NCBI RefSeq assembly: GCF_000143415.4
Contig: NW_003314262.1
Span: 5,020,389 to 5,084,388 of the forward strand
DNA length: 64,000 bases
Direction of reading: 5' to 3'
Source of the DNA: Selaginella moellendorffii
Taxonomy: Eukaryota > Plantae > Lycopodiophyta
Shown piece after piece: positions 37,656-50,171 of the stretch. How positions within the stretch are numbered: the stretch's first letter is position 1; every line of letters starts with the position of its first letter. The notes below the pieces were generated by a model that saw nothing but the letters and a program-made list of their open reading frames with translations, had not been told where the DNA came from and did no database searches. The translations under genes were made by a program, and so were the position numbers.

Positions 37656-37830
37656 TGTGAGGGCTAAGTGTACAGCTACAATGCCGTATACTAATATTAG
37701 CATAGTGGGATTTTGGTAGCCGTCAGATGGGTTTCAATCCGGACCACTTGCTCCTGTATATAAGCTAGGGTTTTTGGGCTAATTGATATGCATATTTCTG
37801 TATTCCCTTTCCATATTCCATGCACTCACA
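37656..37830 (+). repeat. 5' LTR of outer element
   Basis: Matches 49312-49486 with 6 substitutions by eye. Confidence 0.96.
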
Positions 37831-37831
37831 T

Positions 37832-37847
37832 TGGTGGACGTGAGGGG
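37832..37847 (+). promoter_or_regulatory. primer binding site of outer element (tRNA-Ala-like, tentative)
   Basis: TGGTGGACGTGAGGGG begins 1 nt after the LTR. Confidence 0.7.
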
Positions 37848-40800
37848 CACCTTTGATTGTCCCTGGGGAGTGCTTAAATTTGGGATTTCAGTTTAGATCT
37901 AGCTTTTACATTGTCTAGATCTAGCTTTTTCCATTTCCTTTATTTTGTTCTTTCCTTTCAGGATTTTGGTTTAGATCTAGCTTTTTGCATTGTTTAGATC
38001 TACCATTTCCTTCTAGCTTTTTGTCATTTCTCTTCTTTTGCGCTTTCTTTTTCATTCGTCTCCATGGCAGATCAGCAATCTCCTCCTTTGACTCTAGAGC
38101 AGCAGTTGGTACAATTGCTTGATGCTATGCGTTTGCAATTGAGCAACCAAACTCAGTTGATGGCGGCGTTCATGGCACATGGTACAACTCCTCCTGCTCT
38201 TGGTGCCAATCCTTGTGTTCAGCCAGAGTTCTTTCGCGGGAATCCTGGGGATGATGTGTACCACTGGTTTGATCACTTTACAGTGATTACCACATATCAT
38301 TCTTGGGATGATGCTTGACGTTTGTGTGAGTTTCTCACGTGTCTCCAAGGGACGGCATTGCAGTGGTACAACGGTTTAGGAGCAGCCACTCACGGGGATT
38401 GGAGTGTTCTTCCGGATGTCTTCAAACGCACCTTCAGACATGCCGATGACTGTGATGATGCTTTCTAACAATTGCATTGTCTTCACCAAGGGCCATCTGA
38501 GTTGGTGATGCAATTTGGTGTTCGTTTCTGAAGTCTTTTGCTTCGTGTGGAGCCAAATATGTCAGAGCGGATCAAGTTAGGAATGTTGTGGCTAGCACTT
38601 TGGCAAGATCTTGTCGGACTTGTGCATGCACTTGCTCCCGCCACCCTTGACGATGCTCTTCGCTTGGCACAACGTTATGATACGTCGCCTCTTCCACTTC
38701 TCGCTCCTTTAGCTCCACTTTCTATGGGTGATGGTCCTGTTCCAATGGAGGTTGATGCTGCTACTGCTCGAATCCAAGGTCAAGGGCGAGGACGTGGTCA
38801 TGGCCGTGATGTTCGTTGCTGGGCATGTGATGAATTTAGTCATACTTATCGGCGTTGTTGGCATTTTCCGGATTGGCGACCTTCATTTCCTGGGTGGAGA
38901 CCTTGGCATCAGCAATGTCCCGTTGGTGCTGCTACAATGGAAGGTTTGGACACCGAGATGCATTCGGGAAACGAGGAGTTCCGCGAGTAATGGAGGGACC
39001 TTGCGCGAATAAGTTAGTGACCCCTCCATATTTCTTTCAGGAGTATCATCAAGGGGTTCACTCAGCACCAGTTCATCCAGTGTTTACTTTCCAAGCTCGT
39101 CTTTATAACAAGAGGTCTCCTATTATTCTCTCCGTATTGGTTGATACAGGTTCGAGTTTATCTTCTATTGCTCGACCTGTTTCCACACGTTGTCGTCTAC
39201 ACTTGGATCATGCGGTAGAACCAGTTTTCATTCTTTATGGCAACGGCCATACACATGCATGTGCACGGGATGAGGCAAACCTAGTTGTGCGTGTGGGTGA
39301 TCTCGAGCTTGAGTTGTAGTAGTTGATCGCACTGCACCATTGCGAGCGTTACTGAAGTCATCAACGTCATCTTTCATTTGGTCTCCGGATTGTGAGCGGG
39401 TGTTCAGGGATCTCAAAGAATTATTAACAACTCCTCCAGTTTTGGCATATCTTGACTACACTCGACCTTTTATTTTGCGCATGGATGCTTCTGACATTGG
39501 TCTTGGAGGTGTGTTAATGCAAGAGAGCTCGAGTGTGCTTGGTCAGCGCCATCCCATTGCATATATAAGCCGTACATTATAACCAGCGGAGATGAACTAT
39601 ACGATAGAGAAGGAGTGTTTAGCAGCAGTCTGGTTCGAGAAACTTCATGCATATCTACATGGTTCTCGGATATTACTTGAAGGTGACCATGCTGCTGTTA
39701 CTTCGTTATTAAAGCGGAAGAACCTGGTTGGTCGTACTGCTTAGTGGGCTTTGAAGCTTCAAATATATGATTTTGATGTTGTTCACCGCCCAGGAAGTTC
39801 TATGGTTGATGTTGATGCCTTTTCTTAATCTCCTCTTCCTTCTTCACTCTCTTCTCATGTTTCTGACGAGCCTGTCATTCTAGCATCTGTGGATTTTCTA
39901 GACAAGGATCCCGTGCCGTCGGCAGTTGTTGTACTTGACGTTCAATGTCCACAAGGTGTAGAGCAAAATCTACCTTCGCTTGATACGGTTCGCGAGGCTC
40001 AAAAGATTGAGCCATGGATTTGAAGGCTTCGGGATGGGTTTGAGAATCCGACATCACTTGCTGATGACTTGCCTTTCTGGCATTTACATTCTCAATATCG
40101 TTTTGAAGATGGCCTTCTTTATTTTGTGGGGACAGATCCTGATGATCATTTATGGCTGGTGGTGCCTTTTATCTTTATTCTGTGGTTTCTCCATGCCTAC
40201 CATGCTTCTCCTATTTTAGGTGGGTATATGGGACATTGTCATGTAATCGAGAAGCTACACAGGTTTTTCTATTGGTCGGAGATGTGACGTGATATTATCT
40301 GGTATATGCGTAGCTGTGTTTGGTGCCAAGCTCGTAATACTCCTCCTCGGGCTACGGAAGGACGGTTAGAGTCAATTGCAGTTTCCCGTCTGTTTGAGTT
40401 GGTGGTGTTTGATCTTATGGGACCTTTTCCACGGTCGACTACTGGCAATGAATATGTTATTATTGCTTCTGACTATTTGACTCGTTGGGTGGAAATTAGT
40501 GCTCTTGCTAGTGCCTCTGCAACTGCTGTTGGATATTTCCTCCTCAATCGAGTGGTGTTCTAGCATTCTTGTCTAGAGCGGATTCTTTCAGATAATGGTC
40601 TCGCATTTATGGCTGAGGCATTTCATGTTTTGATGTCTCGGTTGGGGATTCGCCACACTTTCGCGAGTGCTTATCATCCACAATCAAACGGTCTAGTGGA
40701 ACGGCTTGTTCGGATGTTCAAGGGGATGATTGTGAAGTATGTGAACTTTCAGTATTCAGATTGGGATGGTTATTTGCCATCTTTTCGGTATGCATATATC

Positions 40801-41106
40801 ACTGGGGTGCAGAGTTCTGTTGGTGCTTCACCATATAAACTCCTATATGGTCATGATTTAATATTACCAACGGAGCTGGGTTTACCTTCGCAATTGCCAC
40901 GAGTTGCGGATGCTAGGTCATGGGATCAATATTTGACAAGCATTCTTCCACTTGTCCAAGCGGAGTCTGCCAAACACTTAAGCTGCGTACAAGTGGGACA
41001 ACAACGGCGCTACAACTCCCATCATCGTCCACCTGCGGAGTACAAAGTGGATGATTTAGTGTTAGTCTATTTTCCCCATCTTATGGTACGTGGTTTATCT
41101 AAGGGG

Positions 41107-43014
41107 TGTAAGCGACTAAATTTTCCATTCTACTTTAGTCACTTAACCACACCTCCGACCACTTGGAGGAGTCTCATTCACAACCTCCATCAGTCCAATT
41201 CAGGACTTGGGACTTGCTAGCCCCAAGAATGGCATCCATGCCACTCCACACTTGCACCTGGTCCAAGTGCTCCACGTGCCCGGTCCTGAGACCGACACCC
41301 AAAGGTACCATTGACATCTCGGCCCGTTACGCTAAGGCCATGCCCATTCACCTTTGCTGCACTAGTGGTTCAACACCACTTGCATCACCACCTCGTCTCT
41401 CCAAGACTGGGCCATGTGTCCACGAGTGGTCATCCTAGATCCACTCCTTAGCATCCTTAGGATGCCCACAGACCTGGGGAATTGCCTTCCCCAAAGTCCC
41501 TTTGTCAGTTCCTACCAAGTCCCTTTCTGCCCCTGGCCGTGTTTGCCAACACTGCCACTGGATCGAGGCCCACAGGCCCGACCACTAAGTCCCACGGTCC
41601 TCTGGAACTTCCTCACCACATGACTGTGTCCTTGGTCACTACCCCAGAGGACTGCTCCTCTTCCTTTCCACAGTCTGGGCCTTTGGGACAACATTTCGGA
41701 ACACCGTGGCCTTACGCGAGCCACCTGGGTACTCTCCCCACCTATCGCCTTTAGGTGCTCTAGCCATGGGCTTAGAGCGAGGTTCCATTGAGCCACGCTT
41801 GGTATCCAAGTAGGTAGTGCCATCCACACTTGGACTGGGAGCATCGGCCAGTCAATCTCCCGGGGGAACTAGAGCCGGCTCTTGAACACTTCACCAAGCT
41901 ACCCCGCTTGTCGGTCCGTATTCACTCTAGTCTTGGACTTCCCAGTGGTCAGTTCATCACCCAACACTGGGTCTGGCCTTCCTGGGCCAAACTGGCCTTT
42001 CCTGGCCAAACTGGCTCCACTGCAGTCCTCCCCCTACTATACTTTTGGAGCTCACCAAACCCCCCAGGGTCTGGGAGACGAACGCTTTGGGCTTTCACCC
42101 TCTCAGGCTCCGGACTCGGACTCGGACTCGGACTCGGACTCGGACTCGGACTCGGATTCGGACTCGGTCTCGGGCTCGGGCTCGGTCTCGGCCTCGGCCT
42201 CGGTCTCGGTCTCGGTCCCGATCTCGGTCTCGGTCCCGGTCTCAGTCTCGACTTCGGACTCCTTCTCGGACTCCATCTCGGACTCCATCTCGGACTCCAT
42301 CTCGGACTCCATTTCGGACTCCATCTCGGGTCCATCTCGGGTCCATCTCAGACTCCATCTCGGACTCCATCTCGGGTCCATCTCGGACTCCATCTCGGAC
42401 TCCATTTCGGGTCCATCTCGGGTCCACCTTGGACTCCATCTCGGACTCCATCTCGGACTCCATCTTGGGTCCATCTCGGACTCCACTTCAGACTCCAGCT
42501 CGGGTCCATCTCGGGTCCACCTCGGACTCCATCTCGGACTCCACTTCGGACTCCAGCTCGGGTCCATCTCGGGTCCACCTCGGACTCCATCTCGGACTCC
42601 ACTTCGGACTCCAGCTCGGGTCCATCTCGGGTCCACCTCGGACTCCATCTCGGACTCCACTTCGGACTCCAGCTCGGGTCCATCTCGGGTCCACCTCGGA
42701 CTCCATCTCGGACTCCACTTCGGACTCCAACTCGGGTCCATCTCGGGTCCACCTCGGACTCCACTTCGGACTCCATCTCGGACACTCCCACGTATCATGT
42801 GTTGGTCCTTTTGGGTCCCTTTTTGGAGCCTCGCCTTTTGCTCGCTTCGTGCTCGTTCCTCGAGCACTTCGTTGGGAGTTTCACTCCCGCTCTTGACTTT
42901 TCAAGTCGGAGCTTTTGGTCCAAACGTGTTACGCTCGTTTGGCTCTCGCTTCGGCCACTACCATGTGGCGCCCTTCCGGCTCCACTTTGGGGCCTAGGGA
43001 TTTTGTGTCTCACA
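41107..43014 (-). repeat. 3' LTR of inner element (1908 bp)
   Basis: Direct repeat of 47072-49046. Confidence 0.96.
42109..42783. repeat. compound satellite in LTR: CTCGGA 6-mer, 12-mer, 58-bp higher-order unit
   Basis: Directly visible periodicity. Confidence 0.95.
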
Positions 43015-46000
43015 ACTCCACCACCCATAGACGAAGTTCGATGTCCTCATCGAACAGTAAACCCTTTCATAAAGTAACACCCACACGTGTTACCATTTCC
43101 ATCCTTGGCACCTAGCCAATCTTTGTCTATGGTTTGACATCAAAGGCTCACCATGCCTTGTCCATCCTTTAAGGGGCGTAGTCTCTTCAACTTAGAGACT
43201 GATTGGACCACATGTAACGGTTCTCCCCTTTTATTGGTTTAGTTCTCGCTAAACCTCTTAGAGACCCTTCTCTAAGTCAATCCCACTACTCCTTCTCGAG
43301 TAGTCTCAATTTCCATCTATTGAATGTTTGCACTTTGGAACTTTTACTCTTTTGACTTTTTGGAAGTCAATCTTCTAGGTGTCTCCAACACCTTGCATTG
43401 CACAGATTGTGCAACTCCACTTTCCTATCCTAGGAAGTTCATTACTTGAGGGCACCATCATCCTCTCTTCTATTTTGTGCCACCTTGGGCACTAAGTTCC
43501 ATTTATCATACTTTGTGCTAGGGCTGTCCATGGCCCTATCATTTGGCTACCTTACCGCTCCCTCACTTGGAGCCTTTACTTCGCCAAATTGGAGCACTTA
43601 GGAATCCGTCCTTGAAAGTCCGCTTCCTTTCCCACAAGCTGTTAGCATCGAACACATCAGTGTTCCTTGGCTAACTTTGCCATTTGGATCCCTTCCATTA
43701 AATTCCATGGCCCAAACTTTGGCCACTAGTCCTTTGCTCCTATCCTTGATTGTTGCACCCAGCAACATCGGATCGCTACCTCCATTTTTGAGGTATCTTT
43801 TCGGTTCTATAGCAAAGACTCTTCTTTGCCAAGTCCGGAGGATGTTCACCCCTAGTATGTCTCTTTAGCATATTCTGCTATGGGCTCTATCCATGGCCCA
43901 ACTTCGTGACCCTCCCATGGGTCTTTTATAGAGACTACTTTCCTCGGACTTACTATGCCATCGGACGGACATAGTTTATTTCCCTTAGGTGCTCTTCCCA
44001 CTTGGTCATCACGACCAAGCCACACCATCTTAAACAGTTCAATTTCAACATTTTGAACCAGGAACTTCATTCCTTAGCCAACCAAGGACCTTGTCCTTAT
44101 CTGGCCATAAGATCACCTAGTGATCTCACCTTGGCACCTTAACAGAGTTGCCAAGAGGTACTTGGTCTTCTAGACCTCCAAGTTGTTGACTATAACCCCG
44201 GGGGCATTCCCCACACTTGGCGGTGCACCCAAGCTAACCCTTACTTCCAAGGGTTCATAGCAACTAAGATTAGGTGTCCCCATCTCACTCACCACGACCT
44301 TGGTGCCACTTGCACCAAAGCGTTCAAGTTAGATATGCCAAGCTTTCACACTAAGCAATCTAACCGTGCATCACGACTCCGAGGCATCCCTCGCTTGGCG
44401 GTGTGCCCAAACCAGTCTCCCCACTGAGAGTCCATGACCACCGAAATATGAGTGTCCTCATATTCCAAACCATCACCACGCCCTAGTGATTTGGGACTCG
44501 AACCCAAGCACTAGAGGGTCGGGAATCGAACCCAACCTCCGTATATGCATCTACGGACGGCATCACACTAGATGCCTGGCGTGACTCCCCACGCCGGTGC
44601 ACCAACCTATTTTTAAAGCGCGCTACAGATCACAGCTTAGGAACCTAGTTCCTCCACACTGCCAAGTCCTCTCACTTGACATGTCTGTGATCATGCATGG
44701 ACTCCTCCATGCTCGGCCCCCTGGCCCACCCTTTTTGAAGATATCACCTTCAACTAGGGTCTTTGTTCCCCCGACGTGCCAATCTCACTTGGCAAGTCCT
44801 CCGACCATTGTAACATGGTTCCTGCATAAGCGTGAAAGTCCTTGACCATCGACTTTCGTTCAAAGCCCTCTCTTTGAACACCTGGGAACTACTTCCCTAA
44901 CCTTGATAACCTTGCCTCATGGCAAGCTTCAAGACCACGCTTCTGCTGTGCCACTCTGGTTTCGCGCGTTCCATGAACCATTTACACTTGGCCTTTTTAG
45001 GTATTACGCTACCTAGAATCGTCTTTGGGAACCTTGAAGGAACTCTGTCCCTCAGCTTGCTAAGGCCTCCCCTTTCGCAAGCTTTATAGTTGCCATATAG
45101 TCTAACATGGACAATTCCATATTTTAGACTCTCCATGGCATCACGGTTGCTAGCAACAACATCCTCGAGCACCCTCTTGATTCTCCACTCCCAACTTTCA
45201 TAACCACAATTGGATATGCCCTTTGATTTCTATGGTTCAGTTCCATCCCAACACTACTTGCCTTTGGCTTCACACCTTTCCTTCAATCATTCTCCTCCAG
45301 ACCAGGAGGATAGCTTTGCACTTTCTATCATGCCTTAGCAAGTATTCTTAGGGATGAACCTACCCAATAGCCCAGGGAGTGGTTCCTCAATCCGGGTATG
45401 CTCAGCTTATAATCCCACACACTGGGGTTACGTTGTTGCTTATGGGCCTTTACATGCCCATCACTAGCCTTGCCAAAATTCCATTTTTGGCTTTGTCCAA
45501 CTTGGGTAGACAGTCCTCTCCTATCTCCGCAACCTTGGACATTTGGATAGCACCTTCTATCCATCATTCGCTAGGGACTTAGTCCCTTGGGCTTTATCCA
45601 TTGCCCTCGCGACATCAAACACCACCTTCTGGTGTTCTAGAGTGTTCGGGTGTCCCAATGATGGCTTTCTTGACAATGAGTATTTCCTTTTATGACATTG
45701 ACTTACTATATCGCAACATAAGCAACTTATCCCCCGTAAGGGTATATCCGACTTCCCTATACTAGAAGTCTTGGGTAGCTACCTTCTACCCGTTTAACCA
45801 GTTATTTTGCACCTCTTGCTTAGTTGCCTCATAGTTGTCAAGTCCTACAACTCATTGCTTGGTGCTTTCACACCTCCATCACTATCTGGGTCACCACACT
45901 CCAACTGCATGCTCTGCAGCTTAGGCTATGCCATTCCCATTTCCATTGGGATTCCTTTGGCAAGGGGTTCTCATGAACCCACCAACATAGCCTCAAGGTA

Positions 46001-47056
46001 TCACACCTTGGCACATTTGGTGTCTCCACACCATCGGCTCCACGAGCCTACCTCTATGACATTTCCCTTCGTGTCTAAGTCTTTGCCAAGACCAACACCG
46101 CTCTTTCTTATGCCAACCATCTGTTAGCACTGCCCCATAGAGGTCACACACAACTTTATGTCAAAGTTGTTTTCTTCTGGGAACACCTTTCCTATAACTT
46201 TAGCATGGCACATTTTGCCATCGATGAGATACTCTCTGTTCTCATCCTTGGATCCTATGATCCCATCCTTTGTGGGGTACAACGCACCTCAGTCCAAATG
46301 CTTCATTCAGTCCTTTTTAGGACCATCCCTTGACTCTACTTGAGTCGTTTAGCAGTTTTGGACTTGGTTAATCCACCGGCCCGTAAGGTCCTACTTGTGA
46401 GGCACTAGCTCACTGGAATACACATCTTGCATTCCGGTCCTACTCAAAAGGACTATTTTCACAAGTGTTACTCCGACACTTGATTTTGTTCTCTGGGGGC
46501 AACCTTTGCCCCTTAGGACTACTTGTCCATGTGATGAGAATACCAACTCATCCACTTAATACACCCCCAACTCCTTGGGTTGTTCCAGCATTTATTAGAG
46601 GTAGCCCCGGCTACCATTTCAAGGACTTGAGTCCTCTTCCGTATTTGACCTTCCACGGTCATTACCTTTGGTCTCACATTCATGAGCACCAACCTCAACT
46701 ATATGAGGATAATCTTGTGACTCCTTTATTGTCTTGGAGTCTCTATCTTTCCCGTGATCCCAACTTTAGTTGTTTACCACAACAACCTAAGCCAATTTGC
46801 TGAGACAAATGCTCATCCGGATCACATCCTCAATTCAATGAGGAAAACCTTGCACTGTTCCCAAGATCCCAAAGTCGTTCCATTATTGGCCCTTTTCTAT
46901 CCACCACCTCGTCTACAAGTTCACACATGAACTGTAATGGAGAGCCATGTCTTCCAGACTTGCTACTCCTCAAGGATAGGCCCACTCCTCAGACCTTCCG
47001 ATGCCAACACTAGTGGTGATATACTTGAGCACCAATAAAAGTCGGACTAAGGAACA

Positions 47057-47068
47057 GCTCCGATACCA
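47057..47068 (-). promoter_or_regulatory. primer binding site (tRNA-iMet type) of inner element
   Basis: TGGTATCGGAGC, 3 nt from the 5' LTR; one mismatch to the usual TGGTATCAGAGC. Confidence 0.85.
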
Positions 47069-47071
47069 AAT

Positions 47072-49046
47072 TGTAAGCGACTAAATTTTCCATTCTACTT
47101 TAGTCACTTAACCACACCTCCGACCACTTGGAGGAGTCTCATTCACAACCTCCATCAGTCCAATTCAGGACTTGGGACTTGCTAGCCCCAAGAATGGCAT
47201 CCATGCCACTCCACACTTGCACCTGGTCCAAGTGCTCCACGTGCCCGGTCCTGAGACCGACACCCAAAGGTACCATTGACATCTCGGCCCGTTACGCTAA
47301 GGCCATGCCCATTCACCTTTGCTGCACTAGTGGTTCAACACCACTTGCATCACCACCTCGTCTCTCCAAGACTGGGCCATGTGTCCACGAGTGGTCATCC
47401 TAGATCCACTCCTTAGCATCCTTAGGATGCCCACAGACCTGGGGAATTGCCTTCCCCAAAGTCCCTTTGTCAGTTCCTACCAAGTCCCTTTCTGCCCCTG
47501 GCCGTGTTTGCCAACACTACCACTGGATCGAGGCCCACAGGCCCGACCACTAAGTCCCACGGTCCTCTGGAACTTCCTCACCACATGACTGTGTCCTTGG
47601 TCACTACCCTAGAGGACTGCTCCTCTTCCTTTCCACAGTCTGGGCCTTTGGGACAACATTTCGGAACACCGTGGCCTTACGCGAGCCACCTGGGTACTCT
47701 CCCCACCTATCGCCTTTAGGTGCTTTAGCCATGGGCTTAGAGCGAGGTTCCATTGAGCCACGCTTGGTATCCAAGTAGGTAGTGCCATCCACACTTGGAC
47801 TGGGAGCATCGGCCAGTCAATCTCCCGGGGGAACTAGAGCCGGCTCTTGAACACTTTACCAAGCTACCCCGCTTGTCGGTCCGTATTCACTCTAGTCTTG
47901 GACTTCCCAGTGGTCAGTTCATCACCCAACACTGGGTCTGGCCTTCCTGGGCCAAACTGGCCTTTCCTGGCCAAACTGGCCTTTCCTGGCCAAACTGGCT
48001 CCACTGCAGTCCTCCCCCTACTATACTTTTGGAGCTCACCAAACCCCCCAGGGTCTGGGAGACGAACGCTTTGGGCTTTCACCCTCTCAGGCTCCGGACT
48101 CGGACTCGGACTCGGACTCGGACTCGGACTCGGACTCGGACTCGGATTCGGACTCGGACTCGGGCTCGGGCTCGGTCTCGGCCTCGGCCTCGGTCTCGGT
48201 CTCGGTCCCGATCTCGGTCTCGGTCTCGGTCTCGGTCCCGATCTCGGTCTCGGTCTCGGTCTCGGTCCCGGTCTCGGTCTCGACTTCGGACTCCTTCTCG
48301 GACTCCATCTCGGACTCCATCTCGGACTCCATCTCAGACTCCATTTCGGACTCCATCTCGGGTCCATCTCGGGTCCATCTCGGACTCCATCTCGGACTCC
48401 ATCTCGGGTCCATCTCGGACTCCATCTCGGACTCCATTTCGGGTCCATCTCGGGTCCACCTCGGACTCCATCTCGGACTCCATCTCGGACTCCATCTCGG
48501 GTCCATCTCGGACTCCACTTCGGACTCCAGCTCGGGTCCATCTCGGGTCCACCTCGGACTCCATCTCGGACTCCACTTCGGACTCCAGCTCGGGTCCATC
48601 TCGGGTCCACCTCGGACTCCATCTCGGACTCCACTTCGGACTCCAGCTTGGGTCCATCTCGGGTCCACCTCGGACTCCATCTCGGACTCCACTTTGGACT
48701 CCAGCTCGGGTCCATCTCGGGTCCACCTCGGACTCCATCTCGGACTCCACTTCGGACTCCAACTCGGGTCCATCTCGGGTCCACCTCGGACTCCACTTCG
48801 GACTCCATCTCGGACACTCCCACGTATCATGTGTTGGTCCTTTTGGGTCCCTTTTTGGAGCCTCGCCTTTTGCTCACTTCGTGCTCGTTCCTCGAGCACT
48901 TCGTTGGGAGTTTCACTCCCGCTCTTGACTTTTCAAGTCGGAGCTTTTGGTCCAAACGTGTTACGCTCGTTTGGCTCTCGTTTCGGCCACTACCATGTGG
49001 CGCCCTTCCGGCTCCACTTTGGGGCCTAGGGATTTTGTGTCTCACA
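47072..49046 (-). repeat. 5' LTR of inner element (1975 bp)
   Basis: Direct repeat of 41107-43014; 67 bp longer (19-bp duplication plus 48 bp of satellite). Confidence 0.96.
48093..48815. repeat. compound satellite in second LTR copy
   Basis: Same array as 42109-42783, 48 bp longer. Confidence 0.95.
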
Positions 49047-49311
49047 AGGGGCTCCTTGCACAGTGGAAAGGACCGTATCGGGTGTTGCGGCAAGTTGGAC
49101 CACAAGTTTATGAGGTTTGGCATGACGTCCAGCAGGCCGATCCTCTAGAGGTTGTGCATGTGCAACGGTTGAAAGACTTCATACAAAGGGATCATGAGCG
49201 GTTAATACCATCTACAGATCCGCCGATGCCTCCTCCTGATCTTCCTCCATATCCCGGCCTGTCTACAAGAGAACCTTGATGGTCTTCCATTATTCCGAGA
49301 GGAGGGGATGA

Positions 49312-49486
49312 TGTGAGGGCTAAGTGTACGGCTACGATGCCATATACTAATATTAGCATAGTGGGATTTTGGTAGCCGTCGGATTGGTTTCAATCCGGAC
49401 CACTTGCTCCTGTATATAAGCTAGGGTTTTTGGGCTAATTGATATGCACATTTCTGTATTCCCTTTCCATATTCCATGCACTCACA
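49312..49486 (+). repeat. 3' LTR of outer element
   Basis: Preceded by PPT GAGAGGAGGGGA (49297-49308), followed by TSD GTAG. Confidence 0.96.
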
Positions 49487-50171
49487 GTAGGAATTATATC
49501 ATAGATTTAGTCTCAAAATGTTTAACATTTTAAATAATTCTAAATTCAAGACAAGGATTGTTTCAAGAACTATCTTGGTAGTAATAATAACAATATAAGC
49601 TTCATATATATAAATAAAGAGCTTGGCTAAAAAGTCAATAAATGTAAAAAAATGCACTTTTAAACAAGATAACTAAATGGATTATAATATTTATTTTTTG
49701 TAAAGAGAGTTTAGTAGTATATATTATATATCATATTATTTTTTATTTAAATATCATTAATTTTTCCACAATTATTTGCATTTCTAAAAATAAACAAGCT
49801 GCAAGGATGGAATCTTCTGGGATGACATAGATCCCATCTTCGTGTCCAATCATTGAGGATGTAATAAATAAATCATGAAGTAAAGGCATAGCTTGATAAA
49901 ATCTCAAGTAAATTTTTACTTGACACAAGGTTAGAATTCATTCAGCTGTGTCTAGTTTGCATCAATGCAATGCTGGTCCGTTGCAAGGCATTTCTAATTG
50001 TAACATGGAGAGGCATGGATGGTATTTTAATGCTTGATAGAAATTGATTTTTGTCTGGATTCTACTTGATTTTTAATTTTTTTTTAAAGTATATGTGGTA
50101 GCAAATAAATCGTCAACGTGCAGCCATAGAGTTCAAGCAGAACCAACCAGACATAGCACTTCCTTCAATCA

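Larger units (their letters stand above)
41107..49046 (-). mobile_element. nested LTR retroelement (inner), reverse orientation, decayed internal region
   Basis: LTRs 41107-43014 and 47072-49046 (TG..CA), 5-bp TSD AGGGG, PBS TGGTATCGGAGC on minus, purine-rich tract GGGTGGTGGAG before the 3' LTR. Confidence 0.96.
37656..49486 (+). mobile_element. Ty3/gypsy LTR retrotransposon (outer), degenerate, RT core deleted
   Basis: 175-bp LTRs TGTGAG..CTCACA, 4-bp TSD GTAG, PBS, PPT; gag (VPMEVD), protease (LVDTGSS), RNase H (DASDIGLGGVL), integrase (FDLMGP, SDNG, NGLVER, WKGPY). Confidence 0.96.

Noticed and set aside
37890-38020. Repeated TAGATCTA(GCTTTT) palindromic motifs
   Set aside because: Part of the outer retroelement leader; no independent function supportable
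41830-43077. Long SD-, RS-, GL- and ES-repeat ORFs (also 47795-49148) resembling Sdr adhesins or SR proteins
   Set aside because: By-products of the stop-free LTR satellite; open in several frames on both strands
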